A stretch of DNA of 64,000 nt from the human T2T-CHM13v2.0 reference genome, Homo sapiens, in the NCBI RefSeq assembly GCF_009914755.1, contig NC_060948.1; one strand, 5' to 3'. The notes beneath the pieces are model-generated. The model had not been told where the DNA came from and searched no databases. It saw only the letters and a program-made list of their open reading frames with translations. Position 1 is the first letter of the stretch. Every line of letters begins with the position of its first letter. A program made the translations under genes and the position numbers. Below, piece by piece: positions 20,806 to 40,560 of this stretch.

Positions 20806-21363
20806 TGTTGGGGACCAGCTTCAACATCACTTGTACTGTACCCAAAGTCCCGTGGCGATGAAGGAATGAGAAGAGATAGGTTAAGAGTGCATAAAGAGTG
20901 GAAGCCAGGAGGCCAATTGCAAAATGGAGGCTGCAAAAGGCTCCAAGTTTTGGTCTCCAGACTATTTATTGAGTACAGTTACTTAGATCTGAGAAGCAGA
21001 TGTTTAGGGGTGAATCAGGGAAAGGGAAACAGTGTGTCACAGGCATAATCTCTAGCAATAGCGGTTTAAATGAATCTCCTTTGTGCCCAAACAGCATATG
21101 TTTAACTTATCGGAGAGTAGCTAGTGGGAGCGGGCTTAAGTAGGAGTCTGCATGTCTGTCCGCATTCCAATGTTTCAAAGGAACGTCTTTCTCCTTGAAC
21201 ACCGTGTTTACAGATAAGACAGTGGGTCTGGCTCTGAGCATGGGAACACAATGGCATTTAGGAGGCTTTCCTCCTCAGAGGCCTCTTGTGGCTTTCCACA
21301 ACTTATTGTCCCATATTTTTATGGACAGTTTATACAGGCACCCCATAAGCCTTTTTCCCAACA
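20806..21363 (-). repeat. 5' LTR (LTR14-like)
   Basis: Direct repeat of 14142-14699, adjacent to the PBS. Confidence 0.92.
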
Positions 21364-21820
21364 AATCCATTGTTGAATTTGTCTTGCTATAATTTTGTTG
21401 ATAATTTTTACATCTATGCTCATCAGGGTTATTGATCTGTAGTTTTCTTCTTCTCTGGCTTTGTCTGGAGTAGTGCTGGACTTGTAGAATGAGTGTGGAA
21501 GAAGTTCCCTCTCTTCAATGTTTGGGAAAAATTTGTAAAGTATTGGTATTTGTTCTTTAAATTTTTGGTACAGTTCAGCAGTGAAGCCATCAGGTCCTGG
21601 GCTGCTCTTTTCATTTCTTTTTTTCAGTTTTATTTACTTACTTATATAATTTTAAAATTGTTTTAAATTCATGGAGTATGTACAAGTTTTTTACATGGTA
21701 TATCGCATAACACATAATGCTGAGGTCGGGGTGCAAATATCCTTCCAAGGACATGATTTCATTATTTTTTATGGTTCATCGTATCCCATAATGTATATGT
21801 ACTACATTATATTTATCTAA

Positions 21821-22206
21821 TGATACAGTTTGGCTCTGTGTCCCCACTCAAACCTCATCCTGAATTATATTTCCTACATGTCAGAGCAGGGGCCTCATGG
21901 GAGGTGATTGGATTATGGGGCATATTTTCCCCTTATTGTTCTCGTGACAGTGAGTGAGTTCTCATGAGATCTGATTCTTTGAAAGTATGTGGAACATCCC
22001 CCTTCACTCTCTGTCTCTTCTGCTTTGCCCTTGTAAGACATGCCTGCTTCCCCTTCACCTACCACTGTGATTGTAAATGACCCAAGGAATTCCAAGTCAT
22101 GCTTTCTGTTAAGCCTGCAGAACTATGAGTCCATTAAACCTCTTTTCTTCATAAATTATCCAGTCTCAGGTAGTTCTTCACAGCAGTCTAAAAATGAACT
22201 CATACA
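21821..22206 (+). mobile_element. MaLR solo LTR (MSTA/THE1D-like)
   Basis: tgatacagtttggctctgtgtcccc...attaaacctcttttcttcataaattatccagtctcagg...cataca. 5-bp TSD tctaa/tccaa. Confidence 0.85.
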
Positions 22207-23640
22207 TCCAATCTACCATTGATGGGCACCTGTGTTGATTCCACATCTTTCTATTGAAAATACTGCTGCCGTGAATATACAAGTACATGTATCTTTTTAA
22301 TGCAATGGTTTATTTTCCTTTGAGTATATACACAATAATGGCATTGGTAGCTTGAATGGTAGTTATGTTTTAAGTTCGTTGAGAAATCTTCAACCTGCTT
22401 TCCCCAGTAAATGAACTAATTTACATTCCCAATAACAAGGTACAAATGTCTCCTCTTTTTCAGCAGCCTCACCAACTCTGTTATTTTTTCACTTTTAATA
22501 ATACTGGGCTTTTCCTTAATAGGAAGCTTTTATTACTGATATCTTATTACTTGATATTTTCTTTGGGTTTTCTATTTCTTTGTGTTTTAATTTTGGTAGG
22601 TTGTGTGTGTCCAGGAATTTATTAACTTTTTAAAAGATTCCTAATTTGTTGGTGTATAGATGTTCATGATAGTCTCTTTTGATTCTTTATATTTTTGTGC
22701 TACCAGTAGTAATGTTTTCATTTTCACCTTGGCTTTTATGAAACTTTTGTCTTTTTTTTCTTAGTTTGTCCAGCTAATAGTTTGTCAATTGTGTTTATCT
22801 TTAAAAAACCTCTTTTAAATTAATCTTTTTGTATTTTTTGTTCTCTATTCTATTTATTCCTGCTCTTCATTATTTCTTTCTACTATTTTTGAGTTTAGTT
22901 TCTTTTTGTACTTCCTTCAAGTGAAATGTTAAATTGTTTGAGAACTTTCTACCTTTTTTAAATGTAATGCTTTAATACTATGAACTTCTTTCTTATCACA
23001 GGCTTTGCTGTGTCCCACAGGTTTTGATATGTTGTGTTTTTATTTTTGTTTGCCTTATTAACATTTTAATCTTAGTTTTAATTTTTCATTGACCCATTAG
23101 TTATTCTAGAACAAGTTGTTAATTTCCATGTATTTGCACAGCTTTCAATGGTCTAATTGTTATTGATTTCTAGATTTATTGCATTGTGTTCTAAAGAAGT
23201 ACTTGATACGATTTTGATATTAAAAATTGCTTAGATTTTTTTATGGCTTGACATGTGAGCTATCCTGAAGAATAAGTACTGCTGAGAAGAATGTGTATTC
23301 TTCAGTGGTTAGATGACATTTTGTAAATATCTGATAAATCATTTGGTCTAGAATGCACTTCAGTTCTAAAGCCTGTTGATTTTCTGTTTAAATGATCTGT
23401 TCATTGCTGAAAATGCAATGTTGAAGTTTCTTGCTTTTATTGTATTGCTATCTATTCCTTTAGGTTTATTAGTATTTTCTTGATATATTCAGGTACTTCG
23501 ATTCTTGGTGCATATATATTTGTAATTGTTATGTCCTCCAACTGTATTGAAACCTTTTATCATTATATAATGGTCTTCTTTAAGTCTTTTTAAAGTTTTT
23601 GTGTTAGTGTATTTTCTCTAATATAAATATTTTTAAAATT

Positions 23641-24262
<622 letters not shown>

Positions 24263-25526
24263 GTCTTCTTTACAACAGTAACTAGCAGCCTAAACCCACA
24301 TTTGTCAAAGCTCTCACAGAGCTTCTGAGTTTGGAGTGCTGCCCATTTCAGGTGGCCTGCAGGTCACAAGGGAATGCCCCAACTGTAGAGGTAGTCTGAC
24401 TATGTATTTGTGCCCAGAAATCCTATGAAGTATGCTTTCTACAGTGTTTCACTGATGAACACACTCTCTGATTTGGGTTGCAAGTTTGCAAAATTTTAAA
24501 GTAACAAAAAGTGGGGCGGTTCCAAGATGGCCAAATTGGAACAGCTCCAGTTTACAGCTCCCAGCGTGAGCAACACAGAAGACGGGTGATTTCTGCATTT
24601 CCAACTGAGGTACCGGGTTCATCTCACTGGGGCTTGTCAGACAGTGGGTGCAATGTACTGAGTGTGAGCCAAAGCAAGGCGAGGCATCACCTCACCCGGG
24701 AAGCGCAAAGGGGTCAGGGAATTCCCTTTCATAGCCAAGCAGAGCTGTGACACACAGCACCTGGAGAATTGGGTCGCTCCCACCCTAATACTGTGCTTTT
24801 CCAGTGGTCTTAGCAAACAGCACACCAGGAGATTATATCCCACACCTGGTTCAGAGGGTCCCACACCTAAGGAGCCTCACTCATTGCTAGCACAGCAGTT
24901 TGAGATCGAACTGCAAGATGGCAGCGAGGCTGGGGGAGGGGTGCCCGCCATTGCTCAGGCTTGAGTAGGTAAACAAAGCAGCTGGGAAGCTCGAACTGGG
25001 TGGAGCCCACCGTATCTCAAGGAGGCCTGCCTGCCTCTGTAGACTCCACCTCTGGGGACAAGACATAGCCAAACAAAAGGCAGCAGAATCCTCTGAAGAC
25101 TTAAATGTCCCTGTCTGACAGCTTTGAAGAGAGTAGTGGTTCTCCCAGCATGCAGCTGGAGATCTGAGAAAGGACAGACTGCCTCCTCAAGTGGGTCCCT
25201 GACGCCCGAGTAGCCTAACTGGGAGGCACCCCCCAGTAGGGGCAGACTGACACCTCACACAGATGGGTACTCCTCTGAGACAAAACTTCTAGAGGAACGA
25301 TCAGGCAGCAACATTTGCTGTTCACCAATGTCCGCTGTTCTGCAGCTTCCGCTGCTGATACCCAGGCAAACAGGGTCTGGAGTGGACCTCCAGTAAACTC
25401 TAACAGACCTGTAGCTGAGGGTCCTGACTGTTAGAAGGAAAACTAACAAACAGAAATGACATCCACACCAAAAGCCCGTCTGTACATCACCATCATCAAA
25501 GACCAAAGGTAGATAAAACAACAAAG

Positions 25527-26542
25527 ATGGGGAAAAAACAGAACAGAAAAACTAAAAATTCTAAAAATCAGAGTGCCCCTCCTCCTCCAAAGGAATGCAG
25601 CTCCTCACCAATAATGGAACACAGCTGGATGAGGAATGACTTTGACAAGTTGAGAGAAGAAGTCTTGAGATGATCAAACTTCTCTGAGCTAAAGGAGGAA
25701 GTTCGAACCCACTGCAAAGAAGTTAAAAACCTTGAAAAAAGATTAGAGGAAAGGCTAACTAGAATAACCCATGCAGAGAAGTCCTTAAAGGACCTGATGA
25801 AGCTGCAAACCATGGCATGAGAACTACGTGATGAATGCACAAGCTTCAGTGGCTGATTTGATCAACTGGAAGAGAAGGTATCAGTCATTGAAGATCAAAT
25901 GAATGAAATGAAGTGAGAAGAGAATTTAAGACAAAAAAGGATAAAAAGAAATGAACAAAGCCTCCAAGAAATATGGGACTCTGTGAAAAGACCAAATCTA
26001 CATCTGATTGGTGTACCTGAAAGTGATCGGGAGAATGGAACCAAGTTGGAAAACACTCTGCAGGATATTATCCAGGAGAACTTCCCCAACCTAGCAAGGC
26101 AGGCCAACATTCAAATTCAGGAAATAGAGAGAATGCCACAAAGATACTCTTCAAGAAGAGCAACTCCAAGACACATAATTGTCAGATTTGCCAAAGTTGA
26201 AATGAAGGAAAAAATGTTAAGGGCAGCTAGAGAGAAAGGTTGGGTTACTCACAGAGAGAAGCCCATCAGACTAACAGCTGATCTCTCGGCAGAAACTCTG
26301 TGTGACAGAAGATAGTGGAGGCTAACATTCAATATCCTTAAAGAAAAGAATTTTCAACCCAGAATTTCATATCCAGCCAAACTAGCTTCATAAGTGAAGG
26401 AGAAATAAAATACTTTGCAGACAAGCAAATGCTGAGAGATTTTGTCAACACCAGGCCTGCCTTACAAGAGCTCCTGAAGGAAGCACTAAACATGGATGGG
26501 AACCACCGGTACCAGCCAGTGCAAAAACATGCCAAATTGTAA
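25527..26542 (+). pseudogene. L1 ORF1, disrupted
   Basis: atggggaaaaaacag start; KRPNLHLIGVPESDRENGTKLENTLQDII; in-frame stops and a frameshift. Confidence 0.93.
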
Positions 26543-26605
26543 AGACCATCGATGCTAGGAAGAAACTGCATCAACTAACGAGCAAAATAACCAGCTAACA
26601 TCATA

Positions 26606-30454
<3,849 letters not shown>

Positions 30455-32319
30455 ACAATGAGAACACTTGGACACAGGAAGGGGAACATCACACACTGGG
30501 GCCTGTCAGGGGGTAGGGGGTGGGGGGAGGGATAGAATTAGAAGATACACCTAATATAAATGAAGAGTTAATGGGTACAGCACACCAACATGACACATGT
30601 GTACATATGTAACTAACGTGCACATTGTGCATGTGTACCCTAGAACTTAAAGTATAATAATAAAAATAAAAAAATATATATATAAAGCACCAACTCTGAT
30701 TATAATGAATTATATTTACACATCAAAGCATGGAGTGTTAGATCTAAGGAAACATTAAGAAATTTAGTCTGAACAATTTCACTAAAGCTGTGAAAATTAT
30801 TTTTTGTCATGTTTTCAGTTACACTCCAGAATTTCCAACATGTGGCATAAAAAAAGTTAGAATTCTCCCTCAGTTTCTAAGTACATTAAATTTAATTGTA
30901 AATTCACAAAACAAAACAAAAAAACAAAAAGGGAAGTAACCACTGAGTTGATGCTCTGGTTGTTGCTAGTCCTACTTCCACATTCGTCTCTAGCAAATTT
31001 CAGGAGTTTTCACTTTATTGGCCCTTGCAGTATTTCTTATGGATTGAGGCAAGAAGGGTTTCACTGAAAAGCAACCCACGATGATAAGAATGCCAGCTGC
31101 CTGCCTTCATCTCACTTTTTGAGGGTTAAAAGTGTAAGCCCAGGGGTACTTTTCTGCAGAGTCTGGCAACTTGGGGAACACTGTTACAGTTAGAGAGGTT
31201 TATTCCCCTTATCACTGGCTTGTGATTTTTCACTTTTCTGTGATTCTAGGGATTATGATAACATTAGTTTTGAGTTTTAAAATATTCTGGATGATAATAT
31301 TGCTAATGGTTAGTTGCTTTTGGTTTTCTGTAGGGGAGAATAAACCAGATAGCTCCTTTTCCACCATTTTGGTGACATCATTTCTGCTGGGCTTATTTCA
31401 ATTTGCACAGTGCCGTTCAATTCAATACGTGTTGTTGCAAATGACAGGATTTTCTATTTTTTAAAAGATTGTGGAATAGTATCCAATCATGTATATATAC
31501 CACATTTTCTTTATTAATTCACCCACCAACATATACTTAGTTTACCTCCATTATTGGCTATTGAGAATAATGTTGAATAAACATGAAATGCAGAAATCTC
31601 TTCAACATTCTGGTTTCAGTTTCTTTGGATATATCCCCAGAAGTGAAATTGTTAGACCATGTCTTCATTCTAATTGTAGTTTTTGGAGGAACCTCCAAAT
31701 GGCTGCATGATTTATGTTTTCCAAAATGGCTGTACAGGGATATTTTTCCAAGGCTTTTCCAAGGCTGTACAGGGATCTTTTTTGTTCACATCCATGCCAA
31801 TACTTGGTATCATTTGACTTTTTGATAATAGCCATTCTAAAGGGTGTAAAATGATATCTTGTTGTGGTTTAAATGTGCATTTTTCCGATGATTAAAGACA
31901 TTGAGATTTTTTTCATATGCCTATAGGCCTTGGAAATAAATGTCTATGTAGATGTTTTACCATCTTAAAATACTAAATGTCAACTGTTATAAATGATTTA
32001 TTTTGGTGGCCTATTGTGAATTTCAAAATAAAGTCACGCACTGAGAATATAATTCCATTAGAGATAATTTCTCTATTTAAATATTTATCTTATAAAGAAA
32101 AAAGAGAAAAACATTTTTATCTTATCAGTAAGTTTATTTTTAAAGATCATATTAATAGGCAGAAAAATCGATCAGTATACTTTTAGAATTTTCCATATTT
32201 TTATATTCATGATAAAAGGTAGTATTAGAAACTTAGAGAAAAGTTTGTTACTTTAAAATGTTGCAAACTTGTACCTATTAAAGGTTTATATGTTTTTCTT
32301 TTTAAAAAATTGTATTTCA

Positions 32320-32590
32320 TTTTTGAAACGGGGTCTCCTCTGTCAGTCAGACTGGTGTGCAGTGGCATGATCTCAGCTTACTGCAACCTATCCTTTCTGG
32401 GCTCAAGCCTCCCAAGTGGCTGGGACCATAGGCATGTGCCATCACACTTGGCTAATTTTTTCTATTTTTTGTAATGATGGGGTTTCGCCATGTTGCCCAA
32501 GCTAGTCTTCAACTCCTAGATTCAAGCAATCTGCTTGCTGCAGCCTCCCAAAATGCTGAGATTGCAGGTATGAGCCACTTCACCCAACAT
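32320..32590 (-). mobile_element. AluJ with internal deletion
   Basis: gaaacggggtctc...gggctcaagcctccca...gagccact. Confidence 0.85.
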
Positions 32591-34281
32591 TATGTTCTAT
32601 TTTTTATTGACAAGTAAAAATTATATATCTTTATAGTCTACAGTATGATGTTTTGACATATGCATACATGGTGGAATCGCTAGATTGAGCTAATTTGAAT
32701 ATACATTTTACCTCACATAATTTTGAGAAAAGTTAAGATCTGCTTCCTTAGCAATTTTCTCTTTTTTTGTTGTTGTTTAAATATAGAAACAAATGTGTTT
32801 ATTTTCCCATGTGGTCTGTTTTTTTCTGAGTGGCTTTTGAAAATGGACACATAATAATTGTGTATGTGTATGACGTATACCCTAATATTTTGATCCATGC
32901 ATGCAATGTGTAATGATTAAATCAGGGTGTTAGCGTATCCATCCCCTAAAACACTGTTCATTTATTGGTGTTGGGAATAATAAGAATCTTCTTTTCTAGC
33001 TATTTTAGAATATACAATAAATTAACTATACTCACTCTGTGGTGCTACAGAACACTAGAGTTTATTTTACCTATCTAGCTGTAATTTACACAGTTAACTA
33101 ATCTGTTAACTAATATCTCCATATTCTCCCCTCCTGTATCCTTACAGCCTCTAATAACTACCATTTTTATTGTGTACTTCTGTGAAATTAAATTTTTTAG
33201 CTTTTACATACTAGTGAGAGCACATAATATGTATCTCTCTGTGCCAGTTTTATTTCACTAACATTTTGTCCTCCAGGCTCATCCATGTTGCAATAAATGA
33301 GAGTTTTGTTGTTTTCAGGGCTAAATAGTATTCTATTGTTTATACATATGCCACATTTTCTTTATCCATTAATTTACTTGGGAACGTTTAGGTTGATTCC
33401 ATAATTGATTATCGTGAATAGTTCTGCAATAAATGTGGCAGTGTAGATGTGTCTTTGACATACTGATTTGTATTCCTTTGGATATGTACCCAGAAGTAGA
33501 ATTACTGGACTACATGGTAATTTTATTTTTACTTTTTTCAGAAACCTTCATATAGTTTGCCATAGACATTTCAGGTGTCTTTCCATGATTTTGTGTTTTC
33601 TTCATTTCTTTTAGCAAAGTTTCATTGTTTTCAGTTTTTAGCTCTTTTACCTTCGTGTTTATTCTACATATTTTAATTTTTGTAACTACTTTAAATGTGT
33701 TGTTTCTTTGATTTTTTAACAGTTTGTTGTTAGCATATAAAAATGCAATTTATTTTGGTATATTAATTTTGTAGCCTGCAACTTTACTGAATTTGTTTCT
33801 TAGTTCTTACAGTTTATGGTGAAGATTTTAGGGTTCTCTGTTTAAGATCATATCACCTGCAAACAAAGACAATTTAACTGCTTCTTTACCTATTTGAACC
33901 TTTTGTTCTCTTGACTAATTCTCTGGCTAGAACTTCCAGTATAATGTTGAATAGAAGTGGTGAGAGTGGGCATCCTTGTCTTGTTTCTGATCTTAGAAGA
34001 AAAGCTTTTAATCTTTCACCAATAAGTATGATGCTAACTGTGGGCCTCTCATAAATGGTGTTTATTGTGTTAAGCTACAATTTGTCTATACATAACTTGT
34101 TGGAAGTTTCTTTAATTATAAAAGGATAGTGAATATTGTCAGAAGTTTTTCTTTACATGTTTGGAAATAATAATGTTGTATTTATTTATTCTGTTAATGT
34201 ATCACATTTATCAATAAGCCGATGTTAAAAATCTCCTACAATCACACTTAGTCATGGTATACAATATTTTAATGTACTGTT

Positions 34282-34848
34282 TGTAAACCAAAAATAAAAT
34301 TCTGAGACCTCCACCCCAACTATCTGAACGGACTTCGTCTTTGGCCACAGTACTCTAAAATTTAATCTGAAAGACTGGTTCATGCCATGATAGGAAGTGG
34401 GGTGGGCATGCCTCATTCTACCCCTCCAGCATTAACATCAACACACACCTTAAGTCTAATAAGAAACTTACAATTTATTCTCTCTGAAGCCTGCTACCTG
34501 GAGGCTTCATCTGCATAATAAAACTGGTCCCCACAACCCCTTATCATAACCCAGAGATTCATTTTTATGGATAATAACCATTTCAACAAATTGCGAATCA
34601 GATAAATTTTAAATCTACCTATAACCTGGAAGCTCCCACCCACTTCAAGTTGTCTTACCTTTCTGGACTCAACCAGTGTATATCCTAAGCATATTGAATG
34701 ATGTCTTACGTCTCCCTAAAATGAGACCACCTTGGGGCATATACACTTAGGTTCTCCTGAGGGCTATGTCGTGGGCCATCATCACTCATATTTGTCTCAG
34801 AATAAATCTCCTCAAATATTTTACAGAGCTTGATTGTTTTTGTTGACA
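34282..34848 (+). mobile_element. MER4-group (ERV1) solo LTR
   Basis: tgtaaaccaaaaataaaattct...aataaatctcctcaaatattttacagag...gttgaca. 4-bp TSD tgtt. Confidence 0.85.
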
Positions 34849-35880
34849 TGTTGAATTATGTTTGTTAGTATATTTTAGAAGGATTTTGTATCTGTGCTTT
34901 TTGCAGTGTTTTTATCTGTGTTGGTATCAATGTAATCATAGCCTCTTGAAAAGAGTTTTGAAGTATCCACTGTTCTTCAAGTTTTTGAAAGAGTTTGTGA
35001 AGAATAGTTTAGATTAAAAAAATTAGATAGAATTTAATAGGAATGCCATTTTTAGTTGCTCAGCTTTCCTTTGGTTTTTAAAAATTATTATTATTACTGA
35101 TTCAATCTCCTTCCTCATTTTTGGTCTGCTCAGATTTTCTGTTTCCTTAGGATTCAGTTTGGTTGATTGGATATTTCTAGGAATTTATTTATTTATTCAT
35201 TTTTCCTTCCAACTTTAATTTTAGATTCATGGGGTACATGCATAGGTTTGCTATATAGGTAAATTGTGTGTAATGGTGATTTGGTGTACAGATTATTTCT
35301 GCTATCCAGGTAATGAGCATAGTACCCAATAGGTAGTTTTTAAATCCTCTTTCTCCCACATTCCATCCTCAGGTAGGCCCTAGGGTCTATTGTTCCCTTC
35401 TTTGTGTTCACTTGTATTCATACACGCATGTGTATTAGCCCCCACTTATAAGTGAGAACATGTGATCTTTGGTTTTCTGTTTCTGTGTCTATTTGCTTAG
35501 AATAATGGCCTCTAGCTCCATCCACCTTGCTACAAAGGACGTGATTTCATTGTTTTTATGACTGCATAGTATTCCATGGTATGTATGTACTATATTTTCA
35601 TATCCAATCCACTCTTGATGGACACCTAGGTTGATTCCATTACTTTGCTATTGTGAATAGCACCGCAATAAATATGCAGGTGCACGTGTCTTTTTGATAG
35701 AATGAATTATTTTTCTTTGGATGTATACCCAGTACTGAGATTGCTGGGTTGACTGGTAGTTCTATTTTAAGTTCTTTGAGAAACTTCCAAACTGCTTTCC
35801 ACAGTGGCTGAACTATTTTGCACTCTCACTAACAGTGGATAAGTGTTACTGTTTCTTGGCAGTGTTTCCAGCATCTGTTT

Positions 35881-36167
35881 GTGTTTTTTTTGAGACTGAG
35901 TCTCACTCTGTTGTCCAGGCTGGAGTGCAGTGGTACAATGTTGGTCTCACTGCAGCCTCCACCTCCCTGGTTCAAGCTATTCTCCTGCTTCAGCCTCCCA
36001 AGTAGCTGGGATTACAGGCATGTTCCACCATGCCTGGCTAATTTTTTAGTAGAGACAGATTTTTGCCATGTTGGCTAGGCTAGTCTTGAACTCCTGACCT
36101 CAGTTGATCCACCTGCCTCAGCCTCCTAAGGGGCTGGGATTACAGGTGTGAGCCACAATGCCTACCA
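35881..36167 (-). mobile_element. AluS
   Basis: gagactgagtctcact...gggattacaggtgtgagccac; flanking catctgtt repeat. Confidence 0.88.
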
Positions 36168-36186
36168 CATCTGTTATTTTTTTACT

Positions 36187-36478
36187 TTTTTTTTTTGTGA
36201 CATATTCTCCCTCTGTTGCCCAGGCTGGAGTGCAGTGGCACAATCTTGGCTCACTGCAACTTCCACCTTCCAGTTTCTAAGTGGTTCTCCTCCCTCAGTT
36301 TCCAGAGTAGTTGAGATTACAGGCACGCACCACCATGCCTGGCTAATTTTGTATTTTTAGTAGATGTGGGGTTTTGCCATGTTGGCCAGGCTGGTCTTGA
36401 ACTCCAGACCTCAGGTGATCCACCTGCCTTGGCCTCTGAGAATGCTGGGAATATAGGCGTGAGCCACTGTGCCCGGCC
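36187..36478 (-). mobile_element. AluS
   Basis: cccaggctggagtgcagtgg...gagccactgtgcccggcc; flanking tttttttacttt repeat. Confidence 0.88.
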
Positions 36479-37939
36479 TTTTTTTTTTTTTTTTTTACTT
36501 TTGAATAACAGCCATTCTGACTAGTGTGAGATGGTATCGCATTGTGGGTTTTTTTTCCCCCTCCTTTCCCTCCTTCCTGTTTTGGTTCTCTGATGATTAG
36601 TTATGTTGAGCACCTTGTCATGTTTGTTGGCTACTTGTGCATTCTTTGAGAAGGGTCTGTTCATGTCCTTTGCCTACTTTTTAAATTCGATTTTTTGTTT
36701 TGTGCCTGTTGGTTTGTGTAACTTCCTTGTAAATTCTAGATACTAAACGTTGTCAGTTGCATAGTTTCCAGATATTTTCTGCCATTCTCTAGGTTGCCTG
36801 TTTACTCCATTGAAAATTTCTTTTGCTATGCATAAGCTCTTTAATTATACTCTACTTGTCAGTTTTTTGTTTCAATTGCTTTTGGGGTCTTAGCCATAAA
36901 TTCTTTGTCAAAGCGTATGTCAAGAAGGGCATTTCCCAGGTTATCTCCTAGAATTTTTATAGCTTGAAGTGTTACATTCAAATCTTTAATTCATCTTCAG
37001 TTAGTTCTCATATATGATGAGAGATGGGAGTCCAGTGCCATTCTTCTGCATATTGCTGGCCAATTATTCCAGCACAATTTATTGAATAGGGAGTCCTTTC
37101 CCCTTTGCCTATTTTTACTGATTTTGTCCATGATCAGATGGTTGTAGGTGTGCAACTTTATTTCTGGGTTATCTTTTTTTGTTCCACTGCTGTATGTGTC
37201 TGTTTTTGTAGCAGTACCACGCTGTTTTGATTATTGTGGCTTTCTGAAGTTGGGCAATGTGATGCCTGTGGCCTTGTTCTTTCTGCTTAGGATTTCTTTG
37301 GCTATTCAGACTCTTTTTTATTCCAGATGAATTGCAGAATAGATTTTTCCAGTTCTGCTTTGTGGTTCTCTTTATAAAGGTCTTTTACCTCCTTGGTTAG
37401 ATTAATTCCTACATATTTCATTTTCTTTGTGGCTATTGTAAATAGATTCTGTTCTTGATTGGTTCTCAGCTATAATGTTTATTGGTATATAAAAATAGTA
37501 AAATAAAAATACTGATTTCTCTACATTGGTTTTGTGTCCTAAAACTTTACTGAAAACTTTGGTTTTCAGTCCCAGGAGTCTTTCGGTGAAGTCCTGAGGA
37601 TTTTCTAGATATAGATCTTATCATTGGCAAAGAGAGGTAGTTTGACTTCTTTTCTTATTGGGATGACTATTACATCTTTCTCTTGGCTGATTGCTCTGGC
37701 TAGGATGTCTGTTTGTATGTTAAATAGGCATGCTAGGAGTGGGCATCCTTTTCTTGCTCCAATTCTCAACCGGAGTCGTTCCAGCTTTTGCTCATTTATT
37801 ATGATGTTAGCTGTGTATATATCACAGACGGTTCTTGCTATTTTGAAAAATGTTTCTTGAATGCCTACTCTGTCAAGAGTTTTATCATGAAGTGATTATA
37901 CTGAAAGCTTTTTCTTCATCTGTTGAGATCATATGGTTG

Positions 37940-38172
37940 TTTTGTTTGTTTGAGACAGGATCTTGGTCTGTTGCCCAGGCTGGATTGCGGTGTCACAATC
38001 ATGTCTCACTGCAGCTTCAATCTTCCAGTCTCAAACAATCTTCCCATCCCAGGCTACCAAGTAGCTGGGACTACAGGTGTGTGCCACCATGCCCGGCTAG
38101 TTTTTGTATTTTTTGTAGAAATGGGGTCCAACTATGTTGTCTGGTCTGGTTTCAAACTCTTGGGCTCAAGCA
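37940..38172 (-). mobile_element. AluJ, truncated
   Basis: gagacaggatcttgg...aactcttgggctcaagc. Confidence 0.8.
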
Positions 38173-40208
38173 AAATGATTATATATTTTTGTTTTTTATT
38201 CTGTTTCATGTGAATCACATTTATTATGTATTTATTGCTTATGTTGAACCAACCTTGCATCCCAGCAATAAAACCTATTTACTTGAGATAAATTAACTTT
38301 TTCATGTGCTGCTAAATTTGGTTTGCTAGTATTTTGTTGAGGATTTTTGCATCTGTGATCATCAGAGATATTGGCTTGTAATTTTCTTTTTTTCTGCCTC
38401 TGCCAGATTTTGCTATCAAGCTGATACTTGCTTCATAGAATAAGCTAGGGAAAAACTCCCTTATTGTCAATAGTTTGGAAAAGTTTCAGTAGGACTTGTA
38501 TCATTTCTTTGTACATCTATTAGAATTTGGCTGGTCTTTTTACTTGACAGGTTTTTTATGACTGATTCAATTTCTGAACTGTTAATTGGTCTGTTTAGAT
38601 TTTTACTTTACTTTCTTCATGCAGTGGAATGATTCAATATCGGGAGGATTGTGTTTCTAGGAAGCTACCCATTTTCTCTAGATTTTCTAATTTGTATGCA
38701 TGGAAGTGTTCATAAGAGTCTCTGTGGATCTTTTGTGTTTCTCTGTGATCAGCTGTAATGTCATCTTTTTCATTTCTGATTGTGCTTATTTGCACCTTCT
38801 CTCTCTCTTTTTTTCTTTCAAATCTAGCACTATAAATTTTCCTCGGTAAGTTTTACACTGCTTTGGTGACATCTCAAAGGTTTTGGTAAGTTGTCTCTAT
38901 TTTCATTAATTTCATATAATTTTTTTCATTTCAGCCTTAATTTTATTGTTTACCTAAGAGTTATTTATGAACAACTTGTTTAAATTTTATGTTTCTGTAT
39001 AGTTTATAAAAATATGCTTTTTATCAAATTACTGTAAATTATAGATAGATTAAAAGAAACGAATTCTTATATTGGGAAAACAAAGTATTTCAGCAAAGGA
39101 TCAATAATGTTTCAAATAATAATAACACTATCTTCATCAATTATTTCATATCATGGAATATCATTACCTTTTGTTTGGCTTGATCTTAATAAGTAGTTTT
39201 ATAAACCCACCAGTTTTTTAAAATTAAAATTCTATAAATTTTGTGTATTCATCTCAATTTCAATTTTAATTTTAGACTAAAGAGTATATTTGCAAGTTTG
39301 TTACATGGGTATATTGTGTGATATTGAGGTTTGGGGTTCAAATGATGCTGTCATCCAGATAATGACTAGAATACCCAAAAGGCAGACTGGCCCTTTTACT
39401 ATTTTCTCTCTTCCCCTTGTACCAGTCCCCAGTGTCTTTTTACCCATCTTTATGTCCATGCATACTCAATGTGTACCTCCAATTTATCAGTGAGAACTTG
39501 TAGGACTTAGTTTTCTGTTCCTGTGTTAATTCACTTGGGATTATGGCCTCCAGCACCAACCATGTTGCTGAAAGGACAAGATTTCATTTGTTTTATGACT
39601 GTGTGGTATTCCCTGGTAGGAATGTAACACAGTTTATTTATTTATTTAATTTTCAAATTTACTCTTGATGGGCACCTGGGTAGATTTCATGTCTTTGCCA
39701 TTGTGACTAGAGCAGCAAAGAAAATACTTATGTATGTGTCTTTTTGGTAGAATGCTTTATTTTCCTTACGGTATACACCTAATAATGGGATGGCTGGGTC
39801 ACATGGTAGATCTGTTTTAAGTTCTTTGAGAGATCTTTAAACTGCTTTTCACTGTGACTGGAGTAACTTCATGTGTATTCCCACCAACAGTGTATAAGCA
39901 TTCCCTTTTCTCCACATCCTCATCAGCATCTGTTGTTTATTATCTTAAACATTCTGACTGATGTGAGTTGGTATGTCATTGTGGTTTTGATTTGATTTGC
40001 ATTTCATTCTTTCATATGTTTGGTGGCAACCGTATGTCTTCTCTCGAGATGTGTCTGTTCATATCCTTTGCCCATTTTTTAAATGGAGTTATTTGGTTTT
40101 TTGCTTGTTAATTTGTTTAAGATCCCTATAGATTCTAGACATTAGGTCCTTGTCAGATGCATAGTTTGTGAATATCTTCTTTCATTCTGCAGGTTTTTTG
40201 CTATGGTC

Positions 40209-40560
<352 letters not shown>

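Larger units (their letters stand above)
31000..35190 (-). mobile_element. Stacked old L1M fragments (5' end about 31380; L1MA 3' ends about 32590 and 32830; ORF2 33560-35190)
   Basis: Degenerate L1 antisense motifs (gccattctaaagggtgtaaaatgatatct; gttgaatagaagtggtgagagtgggcatcc). Confidence 0.65.
35190..38995 (-). mobile_element. L1PA13-16/L1PB-type element, 5'-truncated, with Alu insertions
   Basis: 3' end aactttaattttagattcatggggtacatg followed by antisense ORF2. Confidence 0.8.
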